Positions 1 to 11,723 of a stretch of 64,000 bases of DNA are shown here, piece after piece (the first letter of the stretch is position 1; each line of letters opens with the position of its first letter). The position numbers and the translations under genes were made by a program. This DNA comes from Marsupella aquatica (Eukaryota > Plantae > Marchantiophyta): assembly GCA_973895155.1 (NCBI GenBank), contig OZ316892.1, forward strand, positions 25,691,233-25,755,232. Reading direction: 5' to 3'. The notes under the pieces are model-generated. The model was not told the DNA's origin. It worked only from the letters and a program-made list of their open reading frames with translations, and did not search any database.

Positions 1-5
1 TCCAT

Positions 6-788
6 TCTTTTTGAATTTGATGTGCTTTAGGACGCGGGACATGCCTAGCCTTGAACACCCACGTCTCCTTCTATTTTTGTCCCTTGTCATAATTCTCAGT
101 TTTTGTCATGGTGGTTTGTTGTTTGCATTCATGTCACTGTTCTGGCAGCCCCGCGTTTACGCAACTATAAGGGTTGTCGCGTTGGTGTGACTGTTCTGGC
201 AGCCCTGCAATCACCCAGTTATAAGGGTTGGCGCAATTGTGCACCTATGTTTGTTGCTTGCATTCGTGAGACTAGTTTGGCAGCCCCGTGTTTGCACAGT
301 TGTAAGGGTTGTCGCATTCGAGTGACTGTTCTGGCAACCCCACGTTTACGCAGCTATAAAGCTTGTTGCATTTGTATGACTGTTCTAGCAGCCCCGCATT
401 GTGAAGCTATAAGAGTTGTCGTAGGGATAGAACATAAATTGGAACAAACAAAAAATATAGAACTTACCATATTGGTAATTTGAGACGAAGCTGCTTGTTC
501 CCTTGCTTTTGTTGTCCTCAAAGCCATAGTCCTTCTTCCTCTCTTCCTGCCGTAATAAATGTCCACCCTTATAGCTGTGCAAACACAGGGCTGCCAGAAC
601 AGCCACACAAATGCGACAATTCTTACAGTTGCGCAAATGCGGGGCTGCCAAAATAGTCACACGAATGCAAACAACAAACCACAATAACAAAAACTGAGAA
701 TTAAAACAAAGGACGAAAATAGTGGGAGACATGGGCGTTCAAGGCTAGGCATGTCCTGCGGCCTAAGGGGCTTCAAATTTGAAAAGAA
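6..788. mobile_element. Foldback-type non-autonomous element with long (~200 bp) degenerate terminal inverted repeats and internal ~57-bp tandem repeats
   Basis: ~6-230 is the reverse complement of ~570-788 (ggacatgcctagccttgaacaccca vs tgggcgttcaaggctaggcatgtcc). The unit gtgactgttctggcagccccgcgtttacgcagctataagggttgtcgc recurs about 5 times in the left arm. The left end may lie outside the window; no TSD determined. Confidence 0.65.
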
Positions 789-1545
789 CCAAACTTTTCC
801 GTCGGTTGATGGATCGGGGGCTAATACATTTAGAGTCTGCCAGAACGGTGATTGACGGTCAAGCGGGTTTACGGGCAGTAACTTTGGGATTTGTGACGGG
901 CAGGGTACGGATTTGTGACGGGCAGGATACGGGCCCCAAGAAGGCTGGGGAGCCTTAATGCGGTGTTGATTTAACCCGGTGTAGAGAAAAAGCGACTCAT
1001 GTGGCACAAAAGGGGACAATTAGTGACAATACCTCGATGGAATCACGTATGGTGAGAGTACATGTACTTTATAAGGTACAATTTTTTTGATTCAAAAGAA
1101 GTAAATTTACTTTGAATCCCTCTATCTATTTTGAGTGGCTCTCTGTTTAGGTGACACACCTGTTGATAAACCATAAGCATTGTCATTAACCTTTCAACCA
1201 ATATAAATATCAAAGTGCCAAAAAGCCCAAATGCCAAACCGACGAAAGACAGTGAGGGATATATGCGAACAGGATACGGCATGGCTCGCAGAAATCATCT
1301 GTGTACACTTGCAAATATATATATATATATATCGTTGGATAGAGTACAACGGTAGTTGCCTAGTTGAGCCTGGAGAGATAAAACCTTCTCATGCAAATGA
1401 TGAGGAGTGCTAATAAAGAAAAAGTTGAATAAACTATTAAAGTGAAAATAATGCATGTGAGAAGCATAAAAAAAAATTAATTAATATAAAAATACACTGT
1501 AAACAATTTGAATAAGACAAGGTAGCCAGACTATGTTCTGCCATA

Positions 1546-1873
1546 CTCGGGGGGGTCACTATATGGAGGGTCATACATCGCGTGCGACGTTTTAGGGTTT
1601 GACCCCCCTAACTTTAAAGTGAAAAATATTTTTTTGCAAAGCCCTTTCTTTCTTAAAATTTTGTCATTTTTTATTAAAAAACCCCTAAAAACTTTATAGA
1701 AAGTATTTTTTGCAATTAAATAGGCCTATGTGTTCTTTAAAGTCGACCAATCAATAAAACATGCCCTATGTGTTCTTCCACCAAACTTTGGAAGTCTTCC
1801 GCCACACCCATTTAAATGGGCCTATACTTCGTCGCACGTGATGTGTCACTTCCGTGGAAGTGACCCCCCCGAG
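1546..1873. mobile_element. MITE (328 bp) related to the termini of the large DNA transposon at 10062-23113
   Basis: Perfect TIR ctcgggggggtcact / agtgacccccccgag. Flanks ctgccata and ttgccata (8-bp TSD, 1 mismatch). A second copy lies inverted at 43006-43341. Confidence 0.85.
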
Positions 1874-2688
1874 TTGCCATATAGCAGCCTCAAAAAACTG
1901 GACAATTTAATAACAATCCTGGGCTCGGTATCCACTCACAAAAACCAAAGTGGGCTCGTGGGCCCTCGACAAGTTTTGCATTATTGTGATTACACATAAA
2001 AGTAAACTGAGGAAGCCTTGATAAGCTAATGTATTGTATAATGCTAGCAAACAGGACTTTTGCATGTTAGCTATTGTAGTAGAGTGTTGTTAGCTAGGCA
2101 CTAAATTTTTAATTTCTTTCGCTTTTTGTGCCTTCTCTATTTTTGTGTTTTACAACTCCAAATGGCTAGCCAGTTTGCTAGCAAAAACCAGTCTTTATGG
2201 AAGAAAGACCTGATAAAGGGCACGAGATAACTATAGGGGGAAATGCTGTGCATGGACGGAAGGGCTAAAGGTTTCAGATTTTAGTTCTTCCTTGGGTCCC
2301 TTATCGCCTCTTACTACCTACCATACTTCTCTATGAGGATTCATCAGATTCAGACTTTATCCATGAGGGTTCCTCTTCCCTATCCATCATGGAATTACAT
2401 AGTTAATGACATAACCAGAAAAATTCATTGTATATTCCAATTATACTTTAATACTGCAATTACAACTATACTTGGAAATGCAATTACACAATAAATCGCA
2501 TTTTCAAGCAAATTGATAAGGCAGACAATGACCGTCTCATACTCTTACAAACTTGAGCACACCTACCCCTGAAGAACTAATACACGTCTGTGAGGGCAAA
2601 AATCTCTTTTGTATTTTAGCCTTGCCCATCACTTCTGCTGATCAATTAAATTCTAAGCATTCATATGATATTCTTTGGGCGAGCCAAG

Positions 2689-2761
2689 CAAGGTGTAGCA
2701 CAATTGGTAGTGCACCTGCCTTGGGTGCAGAATGTTTCAGGTTCAAATCCAGTCACCTTGA
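2689..2761 (+). pseudogene. trnP: Degenerate organelle-type (likely mitochondrial) tRNA-Pro(UGG)
   Basis: Acceptor caaggtg/caccttg, anticodon arm ctgc-cttgggt-gcag (TGG), T-loop ggttcaaatcc. Resembles plant mitochondrial trnP with CG-to-CA/TG decay. Confidence 0.6.
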
Positions 2762-3999
2762 ATCAAAATCGGAGTCAACTAAAAAGATGAAAAGAAAACA
2801 ATCGTACGTTATCACCCCACCTTGACATCTATAAGCTACAGTTTACTTCAATCTTTTCTATTTTCCATAGAATATCTGGGGTGGTCTTGGCCACTATGTT
2901 TAGTTCAGTATTTTTTCTCAAAATATGTCATCTCAGCCATATGTTTTTATCAATTTTACCAGTATTTCTTCCTTCTCACTTTCTTGGTGTTTCACATCAC
3001 CAAGAATTTGCAACAAATAATAACGTGGGATTTTATATTGAGTCAGCTCCGAGGTGCTATTGAGCAACAGTCGGCCGGCTATAAGGGTAATATTGAAGAT
3101 TTTATCAGGTCTTTTTTTGTGAATAAATTATTGTCATTGTCCCGCCACCAACTGATTGGGTGGAGATGCTTGAAAAAACCAAGCCCTGGAGCAGAAAGAT
3201 GAAGAGCTTGCCTAAAATGATCAGAAGTATGAGCTGAATAAGGAAAAGTATGAGCTGGATCAGGAAAAGTTAGAGTATGAAAAGTTGAAAAACAGGGGAA
3301 GCGGCCATACAGATGTAGTTGTCTGATGATGAAGATCTGAATAGAGTGTGCACAAGTGTATGTTGATGTAGGACAGAACAGCAAATTGAGAGGTAGAAAG
3401 AGCAGAGGGGGTGGGGAGGGGGGTTACTATGCTTGGAGATTCAATTCCCCACCAGAGTCCTTGATTTGTTACTTTAATAACCCACATTGAAAAGAACAAT
3501 TTTCTGGAAACTTTTTTGGTTATGGTTGAATTCCCCACCATAGTACTTGAATTGTTAACTTAATAACTCAGATTGATAAGAACTGAGCGGGATCTTCTGG
3601 AAGTTTTATGATGGATAGTTTTGCTATTTTTCAGCTATTGCCATAAAAAATTGCGCACTTAAGAGTTCAACTCCTGCAGCTGTTGTCTTAGAAAGTCTTT
3701 CCGACATTGCTTAGTTTGGACAACATGCAAAATTAAATGTTTTTAAGTGGGGGAAATATTGAGATAAACAAGAATTACATTTTGGACTAGAGGGGTGCTG
3801 AAATCACTCTAGAGGAAACCTACTCCCCCCCCCCCCCCCACCAAATAATTGTAAAGCCCCCCTATGCGCAGCTGTCAATTGTGCCAGGATTCAATGAGAC
3901 ACTTTAGGGCAGGTCTTTCTGGCTGGGTCTAACTTGGATCCAAAAAATTCACTTGGTGGGACCCTAAAAAAATCATCATCATATAAACATATAAACAAT

Positions 4000-6900
4000 T
4001 TATGTAGACACCGACCCACCCGTAATGATGTTTGTTAACTCCAAGACGGCTGCATAAGATGATCCACCAGGAACCAGCTCCGCAGCTATACTGGTCTTGT
4101 AGGTCCCCACCCTTTCTCTCATTGCTCTGCCTTCTTCAGATTGAAGGGCAACATTAATCGCCTTCACCAAATCTTTTGCTTCTACGAAACAATCCTCCCT
4201 ATCTGGAAGTAGGATCGCCACCTTCAACGCCGCTTCCAAATATCTGGTCATACAAGAAGTGCAGTCCAAGTGTTATGTGTAGACAGTGGAAGGAAATTTG
4301 CAATACATACCTGACAGGTAACCCACTTAATAACTTCTCATGCTAGCCACGTTCATCTTCACATTCGACCCTGAAATCCTCTAATCTGTAGCCAATCATG
4401 CATTTTCTTCCCCATATATCTAGCATCAACCTGGTTTCATCGCTCCATTTAGGAGCGATTAGTGTCTTGTCAATCGATCTTGTCAATCGATCCTGTTTCC
4501 ACCAAGATATTTCGCAGACCTCGTAATCTTCCCTTGCTGCCCATGTTTCCAAACACCCTCCAATCAAGGATCCTTAGCTGCTTACATTCTCTCCAAGATC
4601 TCCACCACTTGAGACCAAGACTCCCTTCCGAGTTGATTCTTCCCCTATACCAATCTTGAGACCGCTTTCTACCTCTGTCAGTCTTCCATGCTTCATGACC
4701 TTTCAATCGTTATTTTCGAGGTCACTGATAAGCACAATTTCTTATATCAAGTCAGTTTTCCCAGCTTGTTACATTACCTACCATCAATTAGAAAGCAATA
4801 TAATGGATCTACACCATGAATCGAAGAACTGCGTTGCAAAGAACATTAACCACTATCGAAGACTGACCTGGCGATAGTGGGCTGGTCGGCAAACGAAGGC
4901 CATCCGATTACTGGAACACCGAGGGCGAGACTTTCAATGGCAGAATTCCAGCCACAGGAACTCAGGAATGCACCGGTAGAAGGATGGGCCAGAATCTTGA
5001 GTTGCGGGGCCCAACCCTTAAGCAGCAATGCTCGGTCCTTCAGTCTCTCTTCAAATCCTGGAGGTAGCAATTCGGGGTCATTCTCGTCTACACCACGAGG
5101 GGCTCGGAACACCCACAAGAAGCGTTGGCCACTGGCCTCTAGTCCCTTTGCCAATTCCGTAACATGCTGCTTTGTAAATCTAACTAGGCCCGTTGTTCCA
5201 AAGCTGACGTACAGGACGGACAATGGAGGCTGTTTACTGAGCCAGTCAACAACTGTCTGTTCGTCCGAGAGTTGGAGGCCTTCCATCGACACACTTTTTG
5301 TGAACAGTTCTGGGGACAACCCGAGTGGACCGACGGGAAATACTGGGATATCACGCTGCAGCTGCATCGTTCCCAATTAATCATTGTCAGTTCATCACTG
5401 ATCGGCTTGTATTAGCTACTCCAAGTCCAGAATCATCAGCATGTTCTGTGTACCTTGCCCTTTCGTCGTTCACAAAATGAAAACGCCTCAAAATTCTAAT
5501 CCCAGCCATGCGACTCCTAAACTGGGAATGTGATTACTTCGCTTTCAGACGTTAGATAAACAAGGCTTCCCACTCAGGTTCTCGACAAGGATTCTGCCTA
5601 CAGCTCCAAGCCCAACGTGAGTTTAGGATACTGACTGGAGGCAAATATCTTGCGTCAACAGAAAGTTATGTGAATCTGTAGCAAACCTTCTGCATTCAGG
5701 TTTCCTAGACGAGACATTGTCGGGCATGAGGACATCTAGACTTCCAACCAATATTAAAACATCTAGAGCTCAATTTCAACTTCTCTTCAGGAGTTTTCAG
5801 CAACTGAGGGTCGACATCATAGTTCTCCGGACTTATTAACTTTGAATTGAAGCCAAGAGCACTTACTGAATCCCTAAGAGCCCCGATGGTTTCGGCTTCT
5901 AATGCCAAGCACGTATTCACCAACACTCCGTCTGATTCCTGAGCACACTTGCGCCACCGGGGGAGAAATATTTCACCTTGGCCGAGGTCACCCCGAAACG
6001 ATCGAGGAATCTGGTGAATCTGAGAAGGTGGTACTCCTGGTACGCGGATGAATCCATCCTTCTCAGGACAAATGTATCCTTGCAGAGGGGAATTCAGCAG
6101 AAGTTGGCAATAAACTGCTGGACTGACACATAGAATATACCTGGGAATGCTCAACTTGGCAGCAATATCCTGCATACCAGAGTACCATAACATCGCATCT
6201 CGTGAGTCACCTCTCGTTGAATTGATAGACTTACTTCGCTTTGAAGAACAGAATGAAACTGCAATTAACGCAGAGCTCGTCGTTCCTCGCTCAATTAAGA
6301 CAAAGGTCATGTGTTTCCAGATGCGAAGTCTTTCAAAGAATTTGCAACAGCTCTTACAAATTCGCGCCCTCAATGAAATGTCCGGAAAAAATTCAGCAAC
6401 TTATGTCAGGTACTTGATATCTTCCTCAGAGCTATTCGTAAATGACCATCTAGGCCAAGTTATCGAGCCAAAGAACGAGCTTCCACTTGCTAGTACGATT
6501 CACCTCACGGATTCTCCTCGAAGCCCAGACATACATGGAAACACGAATTTCTTAAGTTTTTGTATGACCAAAGAGCTCTGTCATCACGGCTTCAAAGACC
6601 TGGTAATTATATAGCTCATTTGGATGACGGATAAAAAGGCACGGGTCATGTGCTAGTGCGTGAGATGAACTAGCTAGGCCGAGGCGATTGGCTTGAGCCC
6701 CTGGCCAATTCCATTCAACAGACTCCCATGCCTGGCAGAGCGGAAACATTAAAAAGAAAAGTCTAGATTGAGTCGAATGCTTTACAGTAACCCGGAACAT
6801 GAGGAGAAAGAATGGGATATACGTACAATTCCCCACCAATGTATCGAGTCAGTGATCATGCACGTAGGCCCCTTAAGGTTGTGCTGGTCTTGCAGCAGCT

Positions 6901-7216
6901 TCTCTACAAAGGGTCCCATGCAATACCCCAGCTGCAAGCTCTCTCGAAGCACAACTGGGTTCACATCCTGTTGCTCACGCAGTGCATCGAAGCCTGGCAG
7001 CTCATCTGGAACGCCCACGAATTCGATTGAATCACTGAAATTGCTTTCGCTTTTCAACAGGCGATCGATTAACGTTTGAAAGCAGACGTAAGTGATCTTG
7101 ATTCCCCCATGGCTCGCAATCTGGCGAGCTAAACTCAGCATAGGAAGCATGTGAGGTTGCGCTGGGTAGGGGACCATCAAGAAGTGAGGAGCAGCCATCT
7201 TCGTGCAAATCGCCAT
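4000..7216 (-). CDS. Family-1 UDP-glycosyltransferase, copy A; exons 7216-6827, 6169-5867, 5361-4868, 4243-4000 (~476 aa; start could be the ATG at 7198)
   Basis: N-terminal PYPAQPHMLP (catalytic His), CMITD (Asp), SVLYVSFGT, PSPG box WAPQLKILAHPSTGAFLSSCGWNSAIESLALGVPVIGWPSFADQ, C-terminal GGSS. GT-AG junctions give an in-frame 1431-nt CDS and match those of copy B. Confidence 0.9.
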
Positions 7217-7917
7217 TGGTACCACAGACTGTTGGATGCCGTCCTAGCAAGACATTGTTGTCTGTAAGAGGAGTAGATGACCATATATACCTTTCTAAGT
7301 GATAATGATTATTGTCTGTAAGAGAGTAAATGACCATATACCTCTTTCTACACTCGATGGGCATAGGAACGGTGCTTGAGTTTCTCTGTCTTTCTTTTTG
7401 GACTCTTTTTGGACCTATATTTCGTTGGAACACTTTTTCTTGCCTTTTATTGTACAAACTTTGGTGACTTGTTATGTGAAAAGTTACCGTTTGGATAACA
7501 AAATGATCCAACAGTGGATCTTGTGATATCCTCGCTAGACCAAGATTTACTTTTAAGTTGGATTTTCATATTAGTATAACTAGCCTACTTTAGTGCCACT
7601 CGTTTTGTCAACTACCTACAGTACTTTGCCAGATCTCTTTAGTAAAGTTCCTTTTAGTATAACCAGTTGAATATAAATAGAGACGAAGACAACAACAAAT
7701 CTTGAAAAAAAGTTTGAATTCTATGTTATTTCCTGTTATCTTTGGCCCCATCTCTATTTTTTGGTTCACCCTCACTACCAGTTTTGTCATTATTTAGAGT
7801 CACTATTAGAATTGTACTTGTTTAGAGTCAATGTCACTTTTGTTCATCTTTGCCCCTATCCCTGTTTTTTGTCAATCTTCACTTTAGTGTTGTCCTTATT
7901 GAGAATTAGTTTGAGGT

Positions 7918-8084
7918 ATTTGCTTGACAACCCCCAAAATGAAACTTGTTACTTGATCGACCCCCTGAGGTCTATGAATGGCCCAGATCTGAGATTGAAA
8001 GGTCCATCAATGGTCCAGATTGGGGAAAAGTATTGAGGGGGTTGATTAAGCAAACTTTTTCCAGAAGGGGGTCTACTAAGCATA
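7918..8084. mobile_element. Small hairpin MITE-like element (family also at 45321-45451 and ~57670-57790)
   Basis: Degenerate inverted arms; cccaaaatgaaacttgttacttgatcgaccccctga matches cccaaaatgaagcatgttacttgataggacccttga at ~45328. Confidence 0.5.
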
Positions 8085-10304
8085 TCCCTCGAATTAGTTT
8101 ACAAGCTTCACTCCAGATTGTGGCCCTTAAAAAGAACTTTGCATCACGCATTAGTGGTAAGATAACCAACTCTCCATCTTTTTCCACCATAAAAGGTGGA
8201 GCACTCAGTAACTTTTGTGGAACTCAAAAGCCCATTCCTGAACCTGTGCACTTGTTGTTTAACCAAGTAACAAGCAGCAATGGAAAAAGATGGAAAGCTG
8301 TAGTAATCAAACTAAAAGGTGGCAAAGCAGTAAATTGCTCCAAGTTAGGTGCACTCTGCTCCAAGTTAAGTCAGTTAACGTATGACTAAAAGATGGCATG
8401 ATCAATCTAAAATACATGGCAAGTCGTCATAAGTACAAAATATGTGGCAACCTGGTAAAGCCCTTGTCAGCTTGTCTTATACATTAACACATGTGACTTG
8501 ATCATCTCAATTCAGAACCTATTTATTGTGTGGAAGACCACGCCTCCAAACACCGAAGCCAACAAAACGTGGAAATTGTCTTATTCCCCGCTACGATTGT
8601 GCTCTACGGGGAGCCCCTAGTATTTCTATGAACGTGAGTTATTTTTGCCGTGAAATGATTTCTTTACCGAAAAATAAGGAGTCAAATGTGGGTCCAACGA
8701 ATCACATGCGGGAATTAACACGCATGCCGCATGGTCAATTAATTTATTGCCAAGGAACAAAAAGCTGGACTGGGTCATGTAAAGTACGACAAAGTAAAAG
8801 CGAAAGAGCTACAGTTGGTTCAGAGAAGAAACACACCAATTCAAAGAGGGCAAATCCCAAAATACTAGAGAGCTAAAACATAAGATGAACAACCACCATT
8901 GGCATAGCTAAGGTGTACATGTAATATTGCAACCAAGGACGCAAGGGGACATGGACATTCTCTAAGAGGGCACCCCTCATTTCAGTTGCACTATTACCCA
9001 CAGGTAGAGACCTTTGATGGATTGCTCAAGCTTTAGCAAGTTGCACCGTCACTGAAATCCGTTGACAAAAGTGTGTTGTCAAATGAGAGACTGGTAGGCC
9101 TGTGGAACCCACACGTCTGTACAAGAATGTATCGAGCTGCCTGTCAAATGAGTCAATAAAACTGATGATGGAGTCTCCCAAATATCTCACTAAATGAGAT
9201 GAAACAAGGAAACCTCCAGGAAGACCAAGAGCCAGAAAAGCCCAAGTCCCTCATAATGGGGAAGGAATAAGAACCCTCCTTGATAGTAAACTGAAAAGCT
9301 CATGTAGCATACAAGGGTATAATGTGCTAGATCTAGTATTACTACTAGTAATAGCAAATAGTGGAGAGGCACTAATGTTCAGGATGAACAAGCACTTAGT
9401 TTGCATTTGTGGCATGAAAAGATCTATGAGAACAACGAATGACCTAGATAAATCTTGAAAGGACCACATCTTTGATATTCTATTATCTCTATGTTCACAG
9501 GGTAGCTTGGAGGAGAAAGAGTTAGCTCCAGCCCACCCTCCAAAACCACTGAATCTTGTTTTGTTACCCAAACTCTCAAGAGAAAGTAGAGTTACCCATA
9601 AGAGACACAAAACCATGTTAGTCGTAGGTACTTTTGACTTGAGTTCAAGGTGAGTGAAGGCTTGAACCCGAGGTGAAATAGTTTGGATTAGATTATTTAC
9701 AGGTTGAAAGTCCAATGATCCCTCCCAGATTCACCTTGCCCGTACTGACCAAGAGTTCTGAACAGGAGACACGTGTAGTGATGCAAGAGTTCCCGCAAGA
9801 GTTCATGCATTGAGCTCGAGGATCTCAGTTTTACAAAAATGATGCATCACATGCGATAAAACATAATGTGACTTTATTTGTTCTAAAGGAAGACTTGAAA
9901 CTTTTGAGGAAGAATATTAGGGTCTTATAAATCAAAAGTTTGTCTGAGCATTATTAGAAAAGATGTGAACTTTTTCGAGCTTTTTTTTTGTGTTTGACTT
10001 TACAGAACGTTTCCAGATGAGTTGTTGAGAGAGGGGACTCTGGATTGAAGCTGGCCACACACCCGGGGTCCTCACTTTTTAACTTCCGACCCATCACGCG
10101 CGAATAAGTATAGGGTTTTTTAATTCAATTCTGCAGAATACTTAAGAATTTTTGTAGAAGATTTTCTCATTGGAGACCGAGACTCAATCATCTTTGGGGG
10201 AATTTGTTGTGAAGAGGAACCAGACTGGTCCCAAATTTTCTTTGATGACTTTTATGCGTTCTGGAACTACAATGAGAAGTGGGACAAAGACTTAGTTCAC
10301 AGTC

Positions 10305-11387
10305 TTGCCTTTGAAGGCCCCTACTGGGAACAACAAAGACCAATCAAAGGGGAAAGAGAAGCTCGATGAATCCACTGTTGATGTCAAATTTTTGGAGAAG
10401 ATGGCCCCATCTTATGAGATGGTCGGTCGGCGTGGTGGCTTTGTAAATCCGAGAGCAAAGCCTTTGCGAATGACAAAGCATCTTGTTGATTATTTCTCGT
10501 GCCCAGGTCATACAGTGTTGGATTTCTTCTCTGGAGGACAGACATTGAAAGCTTGTGTCATTCTTGGTCGGGATTGTTTTGTGTATTTGGACACAGCTCA
10601 AGAGATGGAATTCACAGAAGCCTTTGCTCAGCTCCTTCATGACAACAAGCAGGTTTTATATGTGCCACCCAAGGAGCCGTTACCATCTGAGGAAATTACT
10701 GTCGGTCCCCTCGTTGTAATAGAAGAGGCGGCCTTAGACATAGCTCAGGTGGAAGCTAGTGTTTATGAGGAAGTATTTGCGGAGAATTTAGAGCATCGCA
10801 AAACGGAGGGCCCAAAAATCACAAGCTACATGGAAGAGGAGGGTGAAATACTGCCTGAATTTGGAAATGATGCTCGAGATGATCTCGACGTTCCAGGTGT
10901 TCCTTCATCGGGTGACCTTGGGGATGCACAACGTGAACAACAATCTTCAACCTTGGATGTTGGCTGGGAATCCACCTTGCAGGATGCAATTAGCCAACCA
11001 ATTCCAAGCCCTCCTCAACTGGATGAGATTTTCTCTACTAAGAAAGCTAGTGGCTGCCATACTCCCCCTCAGGATGAGGCAGGTGCATTGTCCTCTCCCT
11101 TGGACCAAATGATTTGCGCTTCAGAGAATAAGCTTGTTTTCACAGATTCTTCTACTGGAAGCCCCGTAATTCTCCCTTTTGTTAGGAAACCGGGGACTCT
11201 CGCGGGGACTGAAATTGGTAGAACTGGTTACAAATCACTCAAAGCAAGTGCTACTCATTATGTTTGGACTGATGGACAGTCAAAAGGTCAACAAGTCAGT
11301 ATAGAGCAGTCTGAGAAGATTATTCGATCTAGAAAGTATAGGAAGGATATGTTCAAATTAGTGTCAGTTTGGTTTGAGGGATATTAA
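10305..11387 (+). CDS. Transposon cargo ORF with C-terminal motifs (X, I, II) of an N6-adenine/N4-cytosine DNA methyltransferase followed by an acidic low-complexity region; 5'-truncated, probably partial
   Basis: PRAKPLRMTKHLVDYFSCPGHTVLDFFSGGQTLKACVILGRDCFVY matches the beta-class amino-MTase pattern KPxxL..LI...S.PGD.VLDPF.GSGTT..A....GR. No DPPY/SPPY catalytic motif seen. The ORF start is TTG, so not a true start. Confidence 0.6.
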   Translation: MPLKAPTGNNKDQSKGKEKLDESTVDVKFLEKMAPSYEMVGRRGGFVNPRAKPLRMTKHLVDYFSCPGHTVLDFFSGGQTLKACVILGRDCFVYLDTAQEMEFTEAFAQLLHDNKQVLYVPPKEPLPSEEITVGPLVVIEEAALDIAQVEASVYEEVFAENLEHRKTEGPKITSYMEEEGEILPEFGNDARDDLDVPGVPSSGDLGDAQREQQSSTLDVGWESTLQDAISQPIPSPPQLDEIFSTKKASGCHTPPQDEAGALSSPLDQMICASENKLVFTDSSTGSPVILPFVRKPGTLAGTEIGRTGYKSLKASATHYVWTDGQSKGQQVSIEQSEKIIRSRKYRKDMFKLVSVWFEGY

Positions 11388-11723
11388 ATTTGGACATCCA
11401 AAACCAACTAGGAGATAACCTTCTAGATGAATTTGGGTCTTTCAGCATGTGAGGTTGAAACCCAAGTTAGTTTGAACAGTCCTGAAATTCAGCCGTCTAA
11501 ATTATTATGTCTACCTTCACAGAAATAGGCGGGCCCTTACCAGTTGTGGAGTGCGTCGACAATAATCTCTAAAGATGTCCTGAGATTTCTTCAACTACTG
11601 ACCTTCAACCAACAATAGGTATGAAGTTGACTGTTGTTCATTCACTTGTGATGCTCGAGATTGTCTCGAGCATTCCTTTGTTTTATCTCCCACAATTCTA
11701 ACATTGGTGTTCCTTCTTTGCAG

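Noticed and set aside
103-483. 126-aa repetitive Cys-rich ORF
   Set aside because: Arises from the 57-bp subrepeats of the foldback element; non-ATG start.
1539-1880. Alternative reading of the MITE with a 6-bp TSD (tgccat)
   Set aside because: The second copy and the large element both indicate 8-bp TSDs with C(T/C)CGG termini.
4877-5380. Antisense ORFs over UGT, serpin and pol exons
   Set aside because: Shadow frames of real genes on the opposite strand.
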